Shown here: positions 24,001 to 32,731 of the stretch, piece by piece
How the letters are laid out: each line of letters starts with the position of its first letter
Numbering within the stretch: the stretch's first letter is position 1
Assembly: GCA_002633005.1 (NCBI GenBank)
Contig: NMRA01000049.1
Span: forward strand, 252,004 to 303,310
DNA: 51,307 bases
Direction of reading: 5' to 3'
Source of the DNA: Phoronis australis
Lineage: Eukaryota; Animalia; Phoronida
The notes under the pieces: model-generated
Seen by the model: the letters and a program-made list of their open reading frames with translations, nothing else
Told to the model about the DNA's origin: nothing
The model's database searches: none
Made by a program: the position numbers and the translations under genes

Positions 24001-26614
24001 CATAGAGATATAGTCCTTTCGGAGCTTTGGTCTGGCTGTAGGAGTTGAGAATCTGAATTGAAAGGAGTTTCTTTAACAGAATTAACAAAATAGGGTTTTT
24101 TCATTTACAAGGCAACAAACATTTTGTGGTTTGTGGACTGTTAATTAGGTTTACATCACATAGTAGACTGTTTCTCACTATGTACCATCACTTAGCGTAC
24201 TGTTTCTCACTATTTACCATTTTTCCAAAGTGAAGAATGAGGTGCTTCGTAGTCTCCATTGAGTGTTTGGGAATTTGTGACAATCCCAAAACTGAAATGA
24301 CTCTCAGTGCTGCTGTGCCAAGCAATTTTTTTCATCCGACTCCGTTAACTACAGCAGGCCTTTCTGTCATTTCCCATAAACTGCCAAACCACTGCTTTGG
24401 ACGAAACAACAGACTTGCAATCTTCCATTAAGCACAACAGTCAACGTCGCAATTTTACCCGGGTTAAATATGTCAAGTTTTATACGAGAATTTCCTCGAT
24501 GCACACAACACCAAATGCAACAGATTTAGTAATAAATTTACAAGTCGTACAGACAGGGTCTGATGCTATAAAATGAGCAATCCTGGTCTCAGTCGTGAGT
24601 AAGTGTCAGTTTCATAATGTATAACGGCCAAGGTGCAATTTTTGGAATTTCAAGGACGACAACCTGGACATGTTACTTTCACTGAACTGAGTAGGCTAGT
24701 CCGCCAAAAGTCAAAAGAGTGAAAAGAAACATGATCTTTAAGTCAAATCTTATCATTTATAAAACAATCAGCAATGTGTATCGTGTGTATTACAGGTGTG
24801 AAATTATGAGTAGCTCGCCGAACAAAGACTTAAGGTTCGCTCCTGAAGGATTTTTACCTGACCCCCCCCCCACCGAATAGGTGAGCTCGCCTACTAGGAA
24901 CAGTATATCACAACAAAATACATAATGATGTGAAATGTGAAAATCAACATAATGATGTGAAATGTGAAAATCAACATAATGATGTGAAATGTGAAAATCA
25001 ACATAGCACCACCAACTTATTTTGACTAATTAATTTACAGAGTTGACATAAATTATTTTTGGATTCCTTGACTCAGTCTGGCTATACCTTAGAAAATAAG
25101 CTTCCATTGTTTGGTTTGTAGCCTTCTAACTTGGTGTGCAGAGAATGTAACTTGTTAATGATCGTCTGTTGGTAATCATCTTGCTTCAAGTTGCCCGTGT
25201 GTAACAGTTCAGAGTAGACGTCTGCAGGGCCACCTGCCGAGAAAAAATAGTCACAGGCAGTTCAATACAGTGCAGTTACATCAATTTGTGTTCACACTTT
25301 TCTTACAGTCACCACAGCTGTTTTCCAGGAGAAAATAACGTAGCAAAGCGCATCAGTAGCACTGGCCAACTAAATGCATTGAAGCACAAGCAACGCACAG
25401 CCTATTCCTTGTCACCACTTTTGTGCTCTATTTTGCCCACCCCTACCACAAAAATGGTAAGAAGGCAAATCAAATACCTGGTAGAGTCTTGCCCAGCTTT
25501 TTATAGGCTAAGGAGCAACCTACTGGATGGCATTGTTACATGCCTACAACATATAGTGCATGGCAACAAATGGAAACGTCTGTCCGTTTTCCTAAAGGAG
25601 ACTGGCAGACTTGAAAACTTCTTCACGAGGAGCCATAATTGGGGTCTCGTGCCTTTGCTCAGGTGTTTTGTGCAATGGGCCCAACCATGAGGCCTGCGCA
25701 CGTCTGATGCACCGCAAATGACATCAGACCACCTGCACTGTTTTTTTTTGTTTTTTTTAATCAAATACGACATAAAAGAGCTACACGTTTATAATCTCTC
25801 GTGACACAGAAACCTATCTCATTACATCAATACATTTCTTTTCTTTTCAGCCTGCATAAAGATGATCACTCTTATGAACTGGCCCAAATATGCCCATGCC
25901 ATATACTGGAGTGCTACAGGATCAGTATGCATGAACTCAGTCAATGAAGAGGTCAGATGACTATAATATATTGGCATTGTTTCGTTAATGTGGTTTTTAC
26001 AAGAATGCCTTTATCATATGACACAATGTGAGAAAAGTGTATTACATAAGTTGGCAAAACAGTATGGACTCATGGTCCTGTATGTTGTTTCTGAAATTAG
26101 CCAATCAGAAAAAAAGTAGTATCCTAGTCAGCATGGGTGGATGTTGGGGGGGGGGNGGCAGGGCACCCTTGGCCATTCACTCCTCTCTCCACGTGGCATA
26201 ACTAGGACAATAATCGTCTCCACTGCAAAGGCACTAACTACCTATTTCAGTTTTTTCAATTCTACATAAAATTAATCTCGTTGGATCTAAAGTGAGAATA
26301 GCCCAAGGCAATATATCACTTGGGAAAACGACCTAGTGCACTGCAAAGCGTAATGCACACTTAGTCAGCTGATAAGCGCTGGTAGACATGCTCACAGACA
26401 CAGCCCAGGAGTCAGGACAGGCAGGACATGACAGGTTGCGTTTTAAATGATCAATATTTCATAAATTCTAACAGAAACGTCATCTACACTGATATCTTAA
26501 AGCATCCTTACCAACAGCAGAATTTGATGTGCTGTAAAATTTCGGGATGTCGAAATGGGAAAAGGTTTTAAAACGTCTGCAATTGAAAAAATATTGCAGT
26601 AATCTCATCTTCAT
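14842..26614 (-). CDS. AFG1L: AFG1-like mitochondrial ATPase (LACE1), complete spliced gene, 456 aa
   Basis: Thirteen minus-strand exons total 1371 nt in frame. Walker [27 protein letters not shown], Walker [48 protein letters not shown] and [14 protein letters not shown]. Arg/Phe-rich presequence-like N-terminus. Confidence 0.96.
15832..15948 (-). CDS. AFG1L: AFG1L exon 12
   Basis: cctag|[39 protein letters not shown]|gttagt. Confidence 0.92.
16380..16570 (-). mobile_element. SINE body fragment, V-domain-like
   Basis: Minus strand TGCAATGGACTACATCCTGTCCTGGGGGG...TGCTGCAGAAACTGGG resembles, from memory, the conserved central domain of V-SINE-type elements. Confidence 0.45.
16574..16777. mobile_element. 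Degenerate TA-flanked MITE (pogo/Tigger-like)
   Basis: TA|CAGTAGGGAATTTCCCGTCAGGAC versus GTCATGACAGGGAAACTCTACT; the segment CGTCA..ACA..TGGGCGGAAGCCGA recurs at ~34275-34300. Confidence 0.45.
16903..17043 (-). CDS. AFG1L: AFG1L exon 11
   Basis: tgcag|[47 protein letters not shown]|gtatta. Confidence 0.94.
17399..17499 (-). CDS. AFG1L: AFG1L exon 10
   Basis: tacag|[33 protein letters not shown]|gtaatt. Confidence 0.92.
17886..18245. mobile_element. Non-autonomous Tc1/pogo-like element (copy 1)
   Basis: 18100-18245 is the reverse complement of ~40202-40350 (GGGCGTTTATTTGGTGTTACAAC...TTAAAAGYCCACTCAGC). Begins TA|CTGGGAATTTCCGTTTATAAG, similar to the 40122 terminus. Confidence 0.65.
18253..18463 (+). 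mobile_element. Full-length tRNA-derived SINE with TSD
   Basis: A box TGGCTCAGTGG, B box GGGTTCGAATCC, A-rich end, direct repeat CTAAAATGAG at 18243-18252 and 18464-18473. Confidence 0.82.
18756..18826 (-). CDS. AFG1L: AFG1L exon 9
   Basis: attag|[25 protein letters not shown]|gtaagg; phases 2-1 fit the neighbouring exons. Confidence 0.85.
19168..19400. mobile_element. Diverged relative of the 21597-22064 MITE
   Basis: CTGGGCCCC...AAAATAATTTTTGACATTTTCCGTTCT...TGTCTATATTTCT aligns by eye to the reverse complement of 21920-22064. Confidence 0.45.
19595..19682 (-). mobile_element. tRNA-derived SINE head
   Basis: Minus strand TAGCTCAGTGATAAGAGCA...GGTTCGATTC followed by a T-run; acceptor stem not formed. 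Confidence 0.55.
19805..19884 (-). CDS. AFG1L: AFG1L exon 8
   Basis: ttcag|[28 protein letters not shown]|gtaagt. Confidence 0.92.
20503..20611. mobile_element. MULE-like fold-back MITE (copy 2, subfamily variant)
   Basis: TIR GGTAATAGTCACTT / AAGTGACTGTTGCC, shared core GAGAACCAG..CCACTGAATAACAGGCATCAAACTGGTTCTCAAAAT; flanks ctgtatcag / cttatcag. Confidence 0.75.
20747..20805 (-). CDS. AFG1L: AFG1L exon 7
   Basis: tgtag|[19 protein letters not shown]|gtatgc. Confidence 0.93.
21232..21331 (-). CDS. AFG1L: AFG1L exon 6
   Basis: actag|[34 protein letters not shown]|gtaagg. Confidence 0.95.
21597..22064. mobile_element. ~470-bp Harbinger-like MITE
   Basis: ~60-bp imperfect TIR CCCAGGGTCTAATCTTTG..TCGAAATTGAA..TTTTTGCCA / TGGCAAAAAA..TTCAATTTCGA..CAAAGAGTAGACCCTGGG; CTG on both flanks. 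Confidence 0.7.
22171..22301 (-). CDS. AFG1L: AFG1L exon 5
   Basis: ttcag|[43 protein letters not shown]|gtaact. Confidence 0.94.
22881..22980. mobile_element. Decayed copy of the MULE-like MITE core
   Basis: GTTTTCTCCACCGAATAACAG...AAACTGGTTCTCAAAATGCAGGACACCTGCAAG. Confidence 0.6.
23048..23149 (-). CDS. AFG1L: AFG1L exon 4
   Basis: tgtag|[34 protein letters not shown]|gtaagc. Confidence 0.94.
23992..24052 (-). CDS. AFG1L: AFG1L exon 3
   Basis: ttcag|[21 protein letters not shown]|gtaagt. Confidence 0.92.
24920..25005. repeat. 27-bp tandem repeat x3.2
   Basis: CATAATGATGTGAAATGTGAAAATCAA at 24921, 24948 and 24975. Confidence 0.95.
25088..25233 (-). CDS. AFG1L: AFG1L exon 2
   Basis: ggcag|[48 protein letters not shown]|gtatag. 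Confidence 0.9.
25340..25735 (+). mobile_element. Decayed 3' end of an I-group (Loa/I/R1-like) LINE
   Basis: TGQLNALKH...SPLLC...[17 protein letters not shown]...[11 protein letters not shown] resembles the C-terminal Zn-knuckle region of I-group ORF2, followed by a structured 3'UTR. Confidence 0.55.
26512..26614 (-). CDS. AFG1L: AFG1L exon 1 (putative mitochondrial presequence)
   Basis: [35 protein letters not shown]|gtaagg; phase 1 matches exon 2. Confidence 0.8.
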
Positions 26615-26683
26615 TCGACCCTAGTGTGTTCTTCGTCATAGGGCGACATGACGTCATTGAAACTTGTGCACAAGGAGGCGAAA
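26615..26683. promoter_or_regulatory. Bidirectional promoter/5'UTR interval between AFG1L and SNX3
   Basis: 69 bp between divergent ATGs. Palindromic CRE ATGACGTCAT at 26648-26657, half-CRE CGTCA at 26634-26638, and YY1-like AAAATGGC at 26681-26688 over the SNX3 ATG. Confidence 0.75.
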
Positions 26684-26848
26684 ATGGCTAACCAAACCTC
26701 TCCGTACGTGCAGCGAATTCCACCCAAAAAACAGACTTTAGAAGATGCATATTCGCCCCCTGCCAACTTTTTAGAAATCGACGTCACTGATCCACAAGTT
26801 CACGGTGTTGGGAAGAAAAGATTTACCGATTACGAGGTTCGAATGAAG
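26684..26848 (+). CDS. SNX3: SNX3 exon 1
   Basis: MANQTSPYVQRIPPKKQTLEDAYSPPANFLEIDVTDPQVHGVGKKRFTDYEVRMK|gtaaaa. Confidence 0.92.
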
Positions 26849-29800
26849 GTAAAACCACGTTTACTTTGGCTTTGGGGGGTGTTTGTTGAAACGATAATTT
26901 TGCGAGATGACACTTCCTGAAATTTCATTTTTACTTATAATTCTATAATGTCAACATATTTGATCAACACTATCGAAGAACGATAGACAAGATGTTAACT
27001 TACTTCGTGTGTGGCGAGCAGAGCAAGATTGTCATTGATGTTGGCAGTTCAATGATTTTCTAATCAGGTAGCGGTAGTCCCGGTGACTTAGTGATTGTCA
27101 CTTGAAAACTAGTTCATGGAATGAATATACAATCATGTCTTAATGGTTAGCAGACTAGAAGCGGCTACTTATTATTAAGAAGCTGTATGGAGGCATGAAC
27201 TGGTTGATAGTAAGACTAGATTCTCATTCAGTTTCTAACTCTAGGAGTCTAGGAGTAAATTTGCGAATTGCAATTGCAGGTTGTCTAGTTTTATTTCACA
27301 TTTGGAATATGAACATCATGACTCATGTACTATAATTCTATTCAGTGAACTTGCTTTGCTTTCACATCTGTTATTGAAATCAGATGCAAAGATATTTCTC
27401 ACATTTTATATTTCTCTAAGTCTTCATTAGCTTATCTTGACTTACTAGTAGGGTTAAGGTCAAAGTCCTGAGATTGTACTTAAGTAACCATAGCCATGTG
27501 CTTGAAACCATGTCATGAATGAAAACATGCAAAATCTTTGAAGAATATTTGGACATTAACCAGATGGTCTCTTGGATGAGTTACTGCAACTTTTAAGTCA
27601 GATGGTAACCTCATAGATGAACTTTTGACTTTTACTGACATTTGATGTCGTAACAATCATCTATGTTGGAAAGTGTAATAGCCAATTATGGGAAAATGCT
27701 GTTGATTCTGATGGAGTTGAGCCCTCTGCAGTAATTGTTTTACAGTACAATGGAAATATGTAGTGCTTTTTTTAAGAACTGACAATTTGTCAGGGTTACA
27801 TAAGTGTATTTGTACGTGTCTGCGGTTTCTGAACAAGGACAACCTCACTAGTGTTGAGTGCTGCTTTGTGTGAGAAGCCGCCATACATTAAACGACTTGA
27901 TCCCCATCATGATCTCCCGTAAAGACGAAAGACGAGGAGACAATGAAATGCAAAATTGGAACCCGAGCCTCTCTAGTGAAAGTCAGATGTCCAAACCACT
28001 TTTCTCCCTAATACCCGGTTTACATGCTGGATAAAATGCTAGCACTTTTTGCTAACCAGTTGCAAAAACACCACTGATGTGAACTGTTGCCAGTATCACT
28101 TTTCCTGGTGCTTTGCAGGGACTTACCCCAAAACTACTGACATTTTCGCGACAATTTTCGTAGCCAGACCGCTTACTTTAAAGGACACACAGGCACCATG
28201 AGGATAAAAGGCCTTTGTTCTATCATCACATCAATCAATTTGTGTAATATAGTGAATGTCTTTAGACATTGATTTCAACTTAAAAGTGACGGGTGGTGAA
28301 AATGGCTAGTGAAAATTGCCCCCATCGTGGACAGCTCGTCCGTCTGGCTAAAACAGCATTTTGGCATTTTAGCTAGTGAGACTGGTAGTGTTTTTGCCAC
28401 TCATGTGAACCTAATATCTGTTAGTTGAGTGTACTAATCCATCTTGCAGACAAATCTACCAGTATTCCGAGTCAAAGAGTCTGGTGTGAGACGGAGGTAC
28501 AGCGACTTTGAATGGTTAAGGTCAGAACTAGAAAGGGATAGTAAGGTACGGAAAGCTTATAATTGAATTAAACTTGTCCATTTAAATTAATATTGTACCG
28601 GTCTCATCTTGTGAAGGATCTGGAAATTTTGGGACAAAAGCTTTCAACAAATTCTGTTTTGATTCACTGCCTGCTGCACACCTGATTATTTTTTCTCTGT
28701 CCTTTGATTTGCTTTAAGACTTTTGTTGTACGTTCGTCGATGAAACAGATGGCTTTGGCAGGATGGTGCTTTGAGGATTCTCTACCAGCTGATGCGTAAA
28801 CCAACACTACCTGTCTAATTAAGGTTACATAATACCTAATGAACACGTCTGCATTCAGCTAAATATCTACAAAACTAAAAAAGTTAACACAGCAAAACTG
28901 TATATTTCCAACAGTGTCAATGACATGACCAAAGTTCATTTGATGTAAATGTTCAGGATGAAATGTCAAGATCGCGGTTACAGTGTTCTAAATGACTATT
29001 TCGTTTTTTAATTTTCTGAATTTTAATTTTTTGTGAAAGTCTTGAAAGTGCCATTTTGATAGACCTTGCAAAAGTGGCTCTTTTCAAAGACAATTCCTGA
29101 CAGCGTGTTGGAGAACATCCCAGCCGTAGTATTTGAATCCAGTCAGCCATTTCTGAGATGTGATGGTTGGAAGTTCACCTAATTTGTTCATTTTTCCAGT
29201 TCTGAGATGGTTGGAAGTTCACCTAATTTGTTCATTTTTCCAGTTCTGAGATGGTTGGAAGTTCACCTAATTTGTTCATTTTTCCAGGGTCCTACATTAC
29301 ACAGCCTTAACACTTAAAATACCGGAGACCATATTGAATATGCTCTTGTAATATCTACCAAGAATTGCGATATATTAGAAAATAATCATATTGATGGTGT
29401 CAGAAAGAGCCCCCAATGCCTCAGGTATCGACCCCATTCCCCTGTGAAAAGTATTATAAGTTATGCGAAATTACCCTCACCATGCCCAAAAATTCGCTCC
29501 GTTGATTAAAAAGCCAGGGTCAAGGGGCAGTATTTTCAAATGTTGGATTGTGATTTTGTCTGTTAACTCGAAAAGTTGCGTGATAAGTGATTGTTTTGAG
29601 TGGTTAACTGCATTTCATTTTTAACTAAGCCCATATTGCTCTGGGTTGTGGATTTTTTAGAATCTTAACCAAATCGTGCATTAATCCACACAAGAGAAGG
29701 CATGATTGCGATAATGCGACCGTTGGCTCGAATTAAGAAATCACAGAGAAGCAATGAAATTTTGTATGTACCAATGACGTGGGCGTGCTCCCAAAATTAT

Positions 29801-31081
29801 CCCCGTTACTCATGACTCGCTGGTGTAATTGCAGATTGTTGTGCCTCCTCTGCCAGGTAAGGCCTTGAAGTTACAGTTGCCGTTCCGCTCTGATGACGGG
29901 ATCTTCGAGGAGGAGTTTATCGAGACCAGGCGAGCAGGTTTAGAAGAGTTTATTAACAAGTGAGTGTCTGTGACTATGCACATTTACTCAGTCGTGTGTT
30001 TAACTATTACTGCGTGCTCCCTACAGGTATCCAAATGTGGTATTGCACCTACGTTTAGAAAGATCTGAGCCTTGTTTGCAAATCCTGAGCCATGTTTGAA
30101 AAAGTCTGAGCCATGTTTCAAAATCTTGAGCCGTGATTGAAAAACTCTAAGCCATGTTAGAAATCTTAAGTCACGTTATCAAATCACGTTGTGTTCCTTT
30201 TGACAAGACAAAGGATTGAAGTAGTATTGCTAAACGGTTCTTACTGTTTGCTGTGAAAGGATAGTGACATGACTCAGCACATGAAGTTAACGTGCTGCTG
30301 TTGTCATGTCCGTTACAGAATATAAAGATTAGTACACGACAACATCACTTGAGGTCAATTTGAGCCGTGTTTTGTATTTTTCCAATCACCATGCGAATAG
30401 AGAACTAGAAAGGTGCACAGTGGTCTGATGCTTCAGATGTGTACAGTCCACACAGCCATTATATGAAACTCATGGGTGCTAACTTCACGAGAGCCCTCCT
30501 GCTGATCATAGGCTCTTCATATTTTTGGCAATTATCAATTCCAAAATGATGCTTCGTAAGGTGTAATATGTCGTGATTTTTTAAATATTTAGTGTTTGCT
30601 TGAACTCTTTATTCTCTAAAATTTTCTCACTTCTAGAAGTGCGAAGTGAATCGCTGGAAGAGATCGTTATCGTGCTTTGGTGCTATTTAGCGAGAAATGT
30701 ACCTTGTACCCAGTGTTCTTAATGCACTTATTATGAACAAATATTTTGCTGAACACTTGAGACACTTTGTTGATTTTGTAAGTTCTGTTTATGAAAACAT
30801 GCGAGGCTTCGTCATTATGTTATCGCCCGAAAATGACTTCTTTGTTACGTTGGTTTCTAGTCATAAGTGGTCTCTCTCTACTTGTTTATGAAAGAGATCC
30901 CAAAAGTTTTTGTTTTCTTTCTATCAAAAAGCAAGTGTGATAAAAGGATTCATTGCCTATCTTGTTGTCTTTCAGGGTTGCGGGCCATCCTCTGGCGCAG
31001 AACGAAAAATGTGTTCACATGTTTCTGCAGGAAGCCGTGATTGACAAGAATTACGTTCCGGGTAAAGTGCGTACCACGTAA
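26684..31081 (+). CDS. SNX3: Sorting nexin 3/12 (PX-only), complete spliced gene, 163 aa
   Basis: Exons 26684-26848, 28450-28545, 29835-29959 and 30976-31081 total 492 nt. DAYSPPANFLEIDV, RRRYSDFEWLRSELERDSK, VPPLPGKA, FRSDDGIFEEEFIETRR and VAGHPLAQNE. Single pre-vertebrate SNX3/SNX12 co-ortholog. Confidence 0.96.
28017..28411. mobile_element. Degenerate hAT-like MITE
   Basis: GGTTTACATGCTGGATAAAATGCTA versus TAGTGTTTTTGCCACTCATGTGAACC; ctaatacc / ctaatatc near both ends. Confidence 0.4.
28450..28545 (+). CDS. SNX3: SNX3 exon 2
   Basis: tgcag|TNLPVFRVKESGVRRRYSDFEWLRSELERDSK|gtacgg. Confidence 0.95.
29151..29287. repeat. 44-bp tandem repeat x3
   Basis: TTCTGAGATGGTTGGAAGTTCACCTAATTTGTTCATTTTTCCAG; units end at 29199, 29243 and 29287. 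Confidence 0.95.
29835..29959 (+). CDS. SNX3: SNX3 exon 3
   Basis: tgcag|IVVPPLPGKALKLQLPFRSDDGIFEEEFIETRRAGLEEFIN-AA|gtgagt. Confidence 0.95.
30061..30180. repeat. Degenerate ~21-bp tandem repeat x6
   Basis: (T)GAGCCATGTTTGAAAA-like units at 30067, 30087, 30108, 30128, 30149 and 30168. Confidence 0.75.
30976..31081 (+). CDS. SNX3: SNX3 exon 4 (last coding)
   Basis: ttcag|G-VAGHPLAQNEKCVHMFLQEAVIDKNYVPGKVRTT*, TAA at 31079-31081. Confidence 0.95.
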
Positions 31082-32256
31082 TCTGGAGCATGTGAACAAT
31101 AGTTCACCTGGGACGTTGAGAACGATGCAAACATGTGCTAGCTGTGGACCGGGATACTGTGATTCTATTCTGTCTGTCGCAGGAACTTAAGATATTGTTT
31201 TGCTGCTCCTTTGTTGGTGAATTCATTTATGTTGCATTACTCAACTAGGCAGCAGACTACATCATGAATGGTTGAGGTATTTCAGGTCGAGCTGAGAAAG
31301 GTTGCTAAACTATACGATTAAAGTATGTTAAGTAGTTTATATGAGCATATCTTTTGTGTGTGTATATATGTTTGAATTCATTGACATGGTCTGGTACTTG
31401 TATTTCACCACAGCTATGTCCGATAATTTCTGACGTAGTTGCGTCTTCTTTGTATGGTATTCGTTCAAGGAAGTTTGGTCAAACCCAAGAATGTGTTTGT
31501 TTTGTAACTTTGCATCCAGGTGTAATATCGTTTCTGTTTGTGTAGTCAGTGTTATTTTATCTCAGACTGCCTCTGTTTTCGTTTTCAGATTGGTCAATGT
31601 TTTTTAGTTTTCTTAAGTACCATATACACTGTAATGGTAACTCAAATGGTATCTTTCTATTACCTGAATGTCAGTCTCTGTCATTTGAACCTTGCAGTGT
31701 GATTCTCTTTTCTGCTGGCCTTGGTTCTCATTCAATGAGATGCCACGCCACACATAGTGCGAGATGTTTTTAAGCTTATATGCCCACCATTCTGTTGACC
31801 AGAGCCCACCAGACTTACTCAAGACGGTCGGACTTGACATGTGACCAAGTATGTGATGCGCTTCAAGTAAAGTTTTCGTTTTGAGGGTCATGACTGTTCA
31901 AGTCTGGAGGACACTTATTCGGTATCATTTCCTGATTTTCATTGTTATTAATAATACCATCATGAGTGTGAAGTTGAAAAAGGTTTTAGAAGACAACCTA
32001 TTTTGATAAAGCAGTGGCTCACATTCACACTTGCAGAGCCTATGTACTGTTCATGGTGGTCTGCGCAAGAAGCAATGGCTTGAAAGTTGTTAATTCATGG
32101 GCCGCTAATAGCAATGGTTTAGAACCATCTGATGCTTTGTGCAATTTTGTGTTAAGTAAAATTTCATTCATTAGTGTGTTCTCTGGGTCTCAGTTTTCTT
32201 CATGTCGTTCTGTGTTGGAATTTCTTTTGTTTCAACTTCCATTTCTGCTTTGTTGG

Positions 32257-32356
32257 GGCTATAGTCTGATATAACGTGCCCATATTTTGAGAACCAGTTT
32301 GATACCCGTTATTCAGTGGTTCTCAAAATTCGGGCATGTTATATCAGACCATTACC
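32257..32356. mobile_element. MULE-like fold-back MITE (copy 3, inverted), in the putative SNX3 3'UTR
   Basis: GGCTATAGTCTGATATAAC / GTTATATCAGACCATTACC; flanks ctttgttgg / ctttgtcgg (8/9). Confidence 0.8.
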
Positions 32357-32725
32357 CTTTGTCGGATAAAAAGGAAAAAGATCACGTGAAGAGCGAAATT
32401 TTAGAAGGGATGACCTGGCTGATGTCTGTAACTTTTAATACATTAAGCCACTGGAGTTTTGGAGTTTACAAGGCACTGATAAGTGTTTGAGCGATTTTTG
32501 CGTTGATTCTTGTAAATGTTCTTTTTACTATCATTTGCTGAAATCGAAGTCACAAAAATTATTTTATTCTTCCATCAAAGGTATTTCTTCTGTTAGAGAT
32601 GCCCTTTTGTAGTGTTAGTGGTCTTTGACATGTGCAGGAAACAGGCATGGGTAACGAACAAACAAAATATAATGAATTGCATGCACACATGGTCTGATGA
32701 ACTGTTCAAATCACAAATTATTGAT

Positions 32726-32731
32726 AATAAA
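32726..32731 (+). terminator. Candidate SNX3 poly(A) signal
   Basis: AATAAA after a ~1.6 kb T-rich stretch, followed by GT-rich GTTGTTGTT...TTTGTGGTGG. Confidence 0.5.

Noticed and set aside
26135-26163. G-quadruplex-like G-run
   Set aside because: Mostly a single homopolymer containing an ambiguous base (n at 26156), so its length is unreliable
26648-26683. 12-aa N-terminal extension of SNX3 from ATG 26648
   Set aside because: This ATG is part of the CRE palindrome and probably at or upstream of the TSS; ATG 26684 has the better context and gives the normal family length
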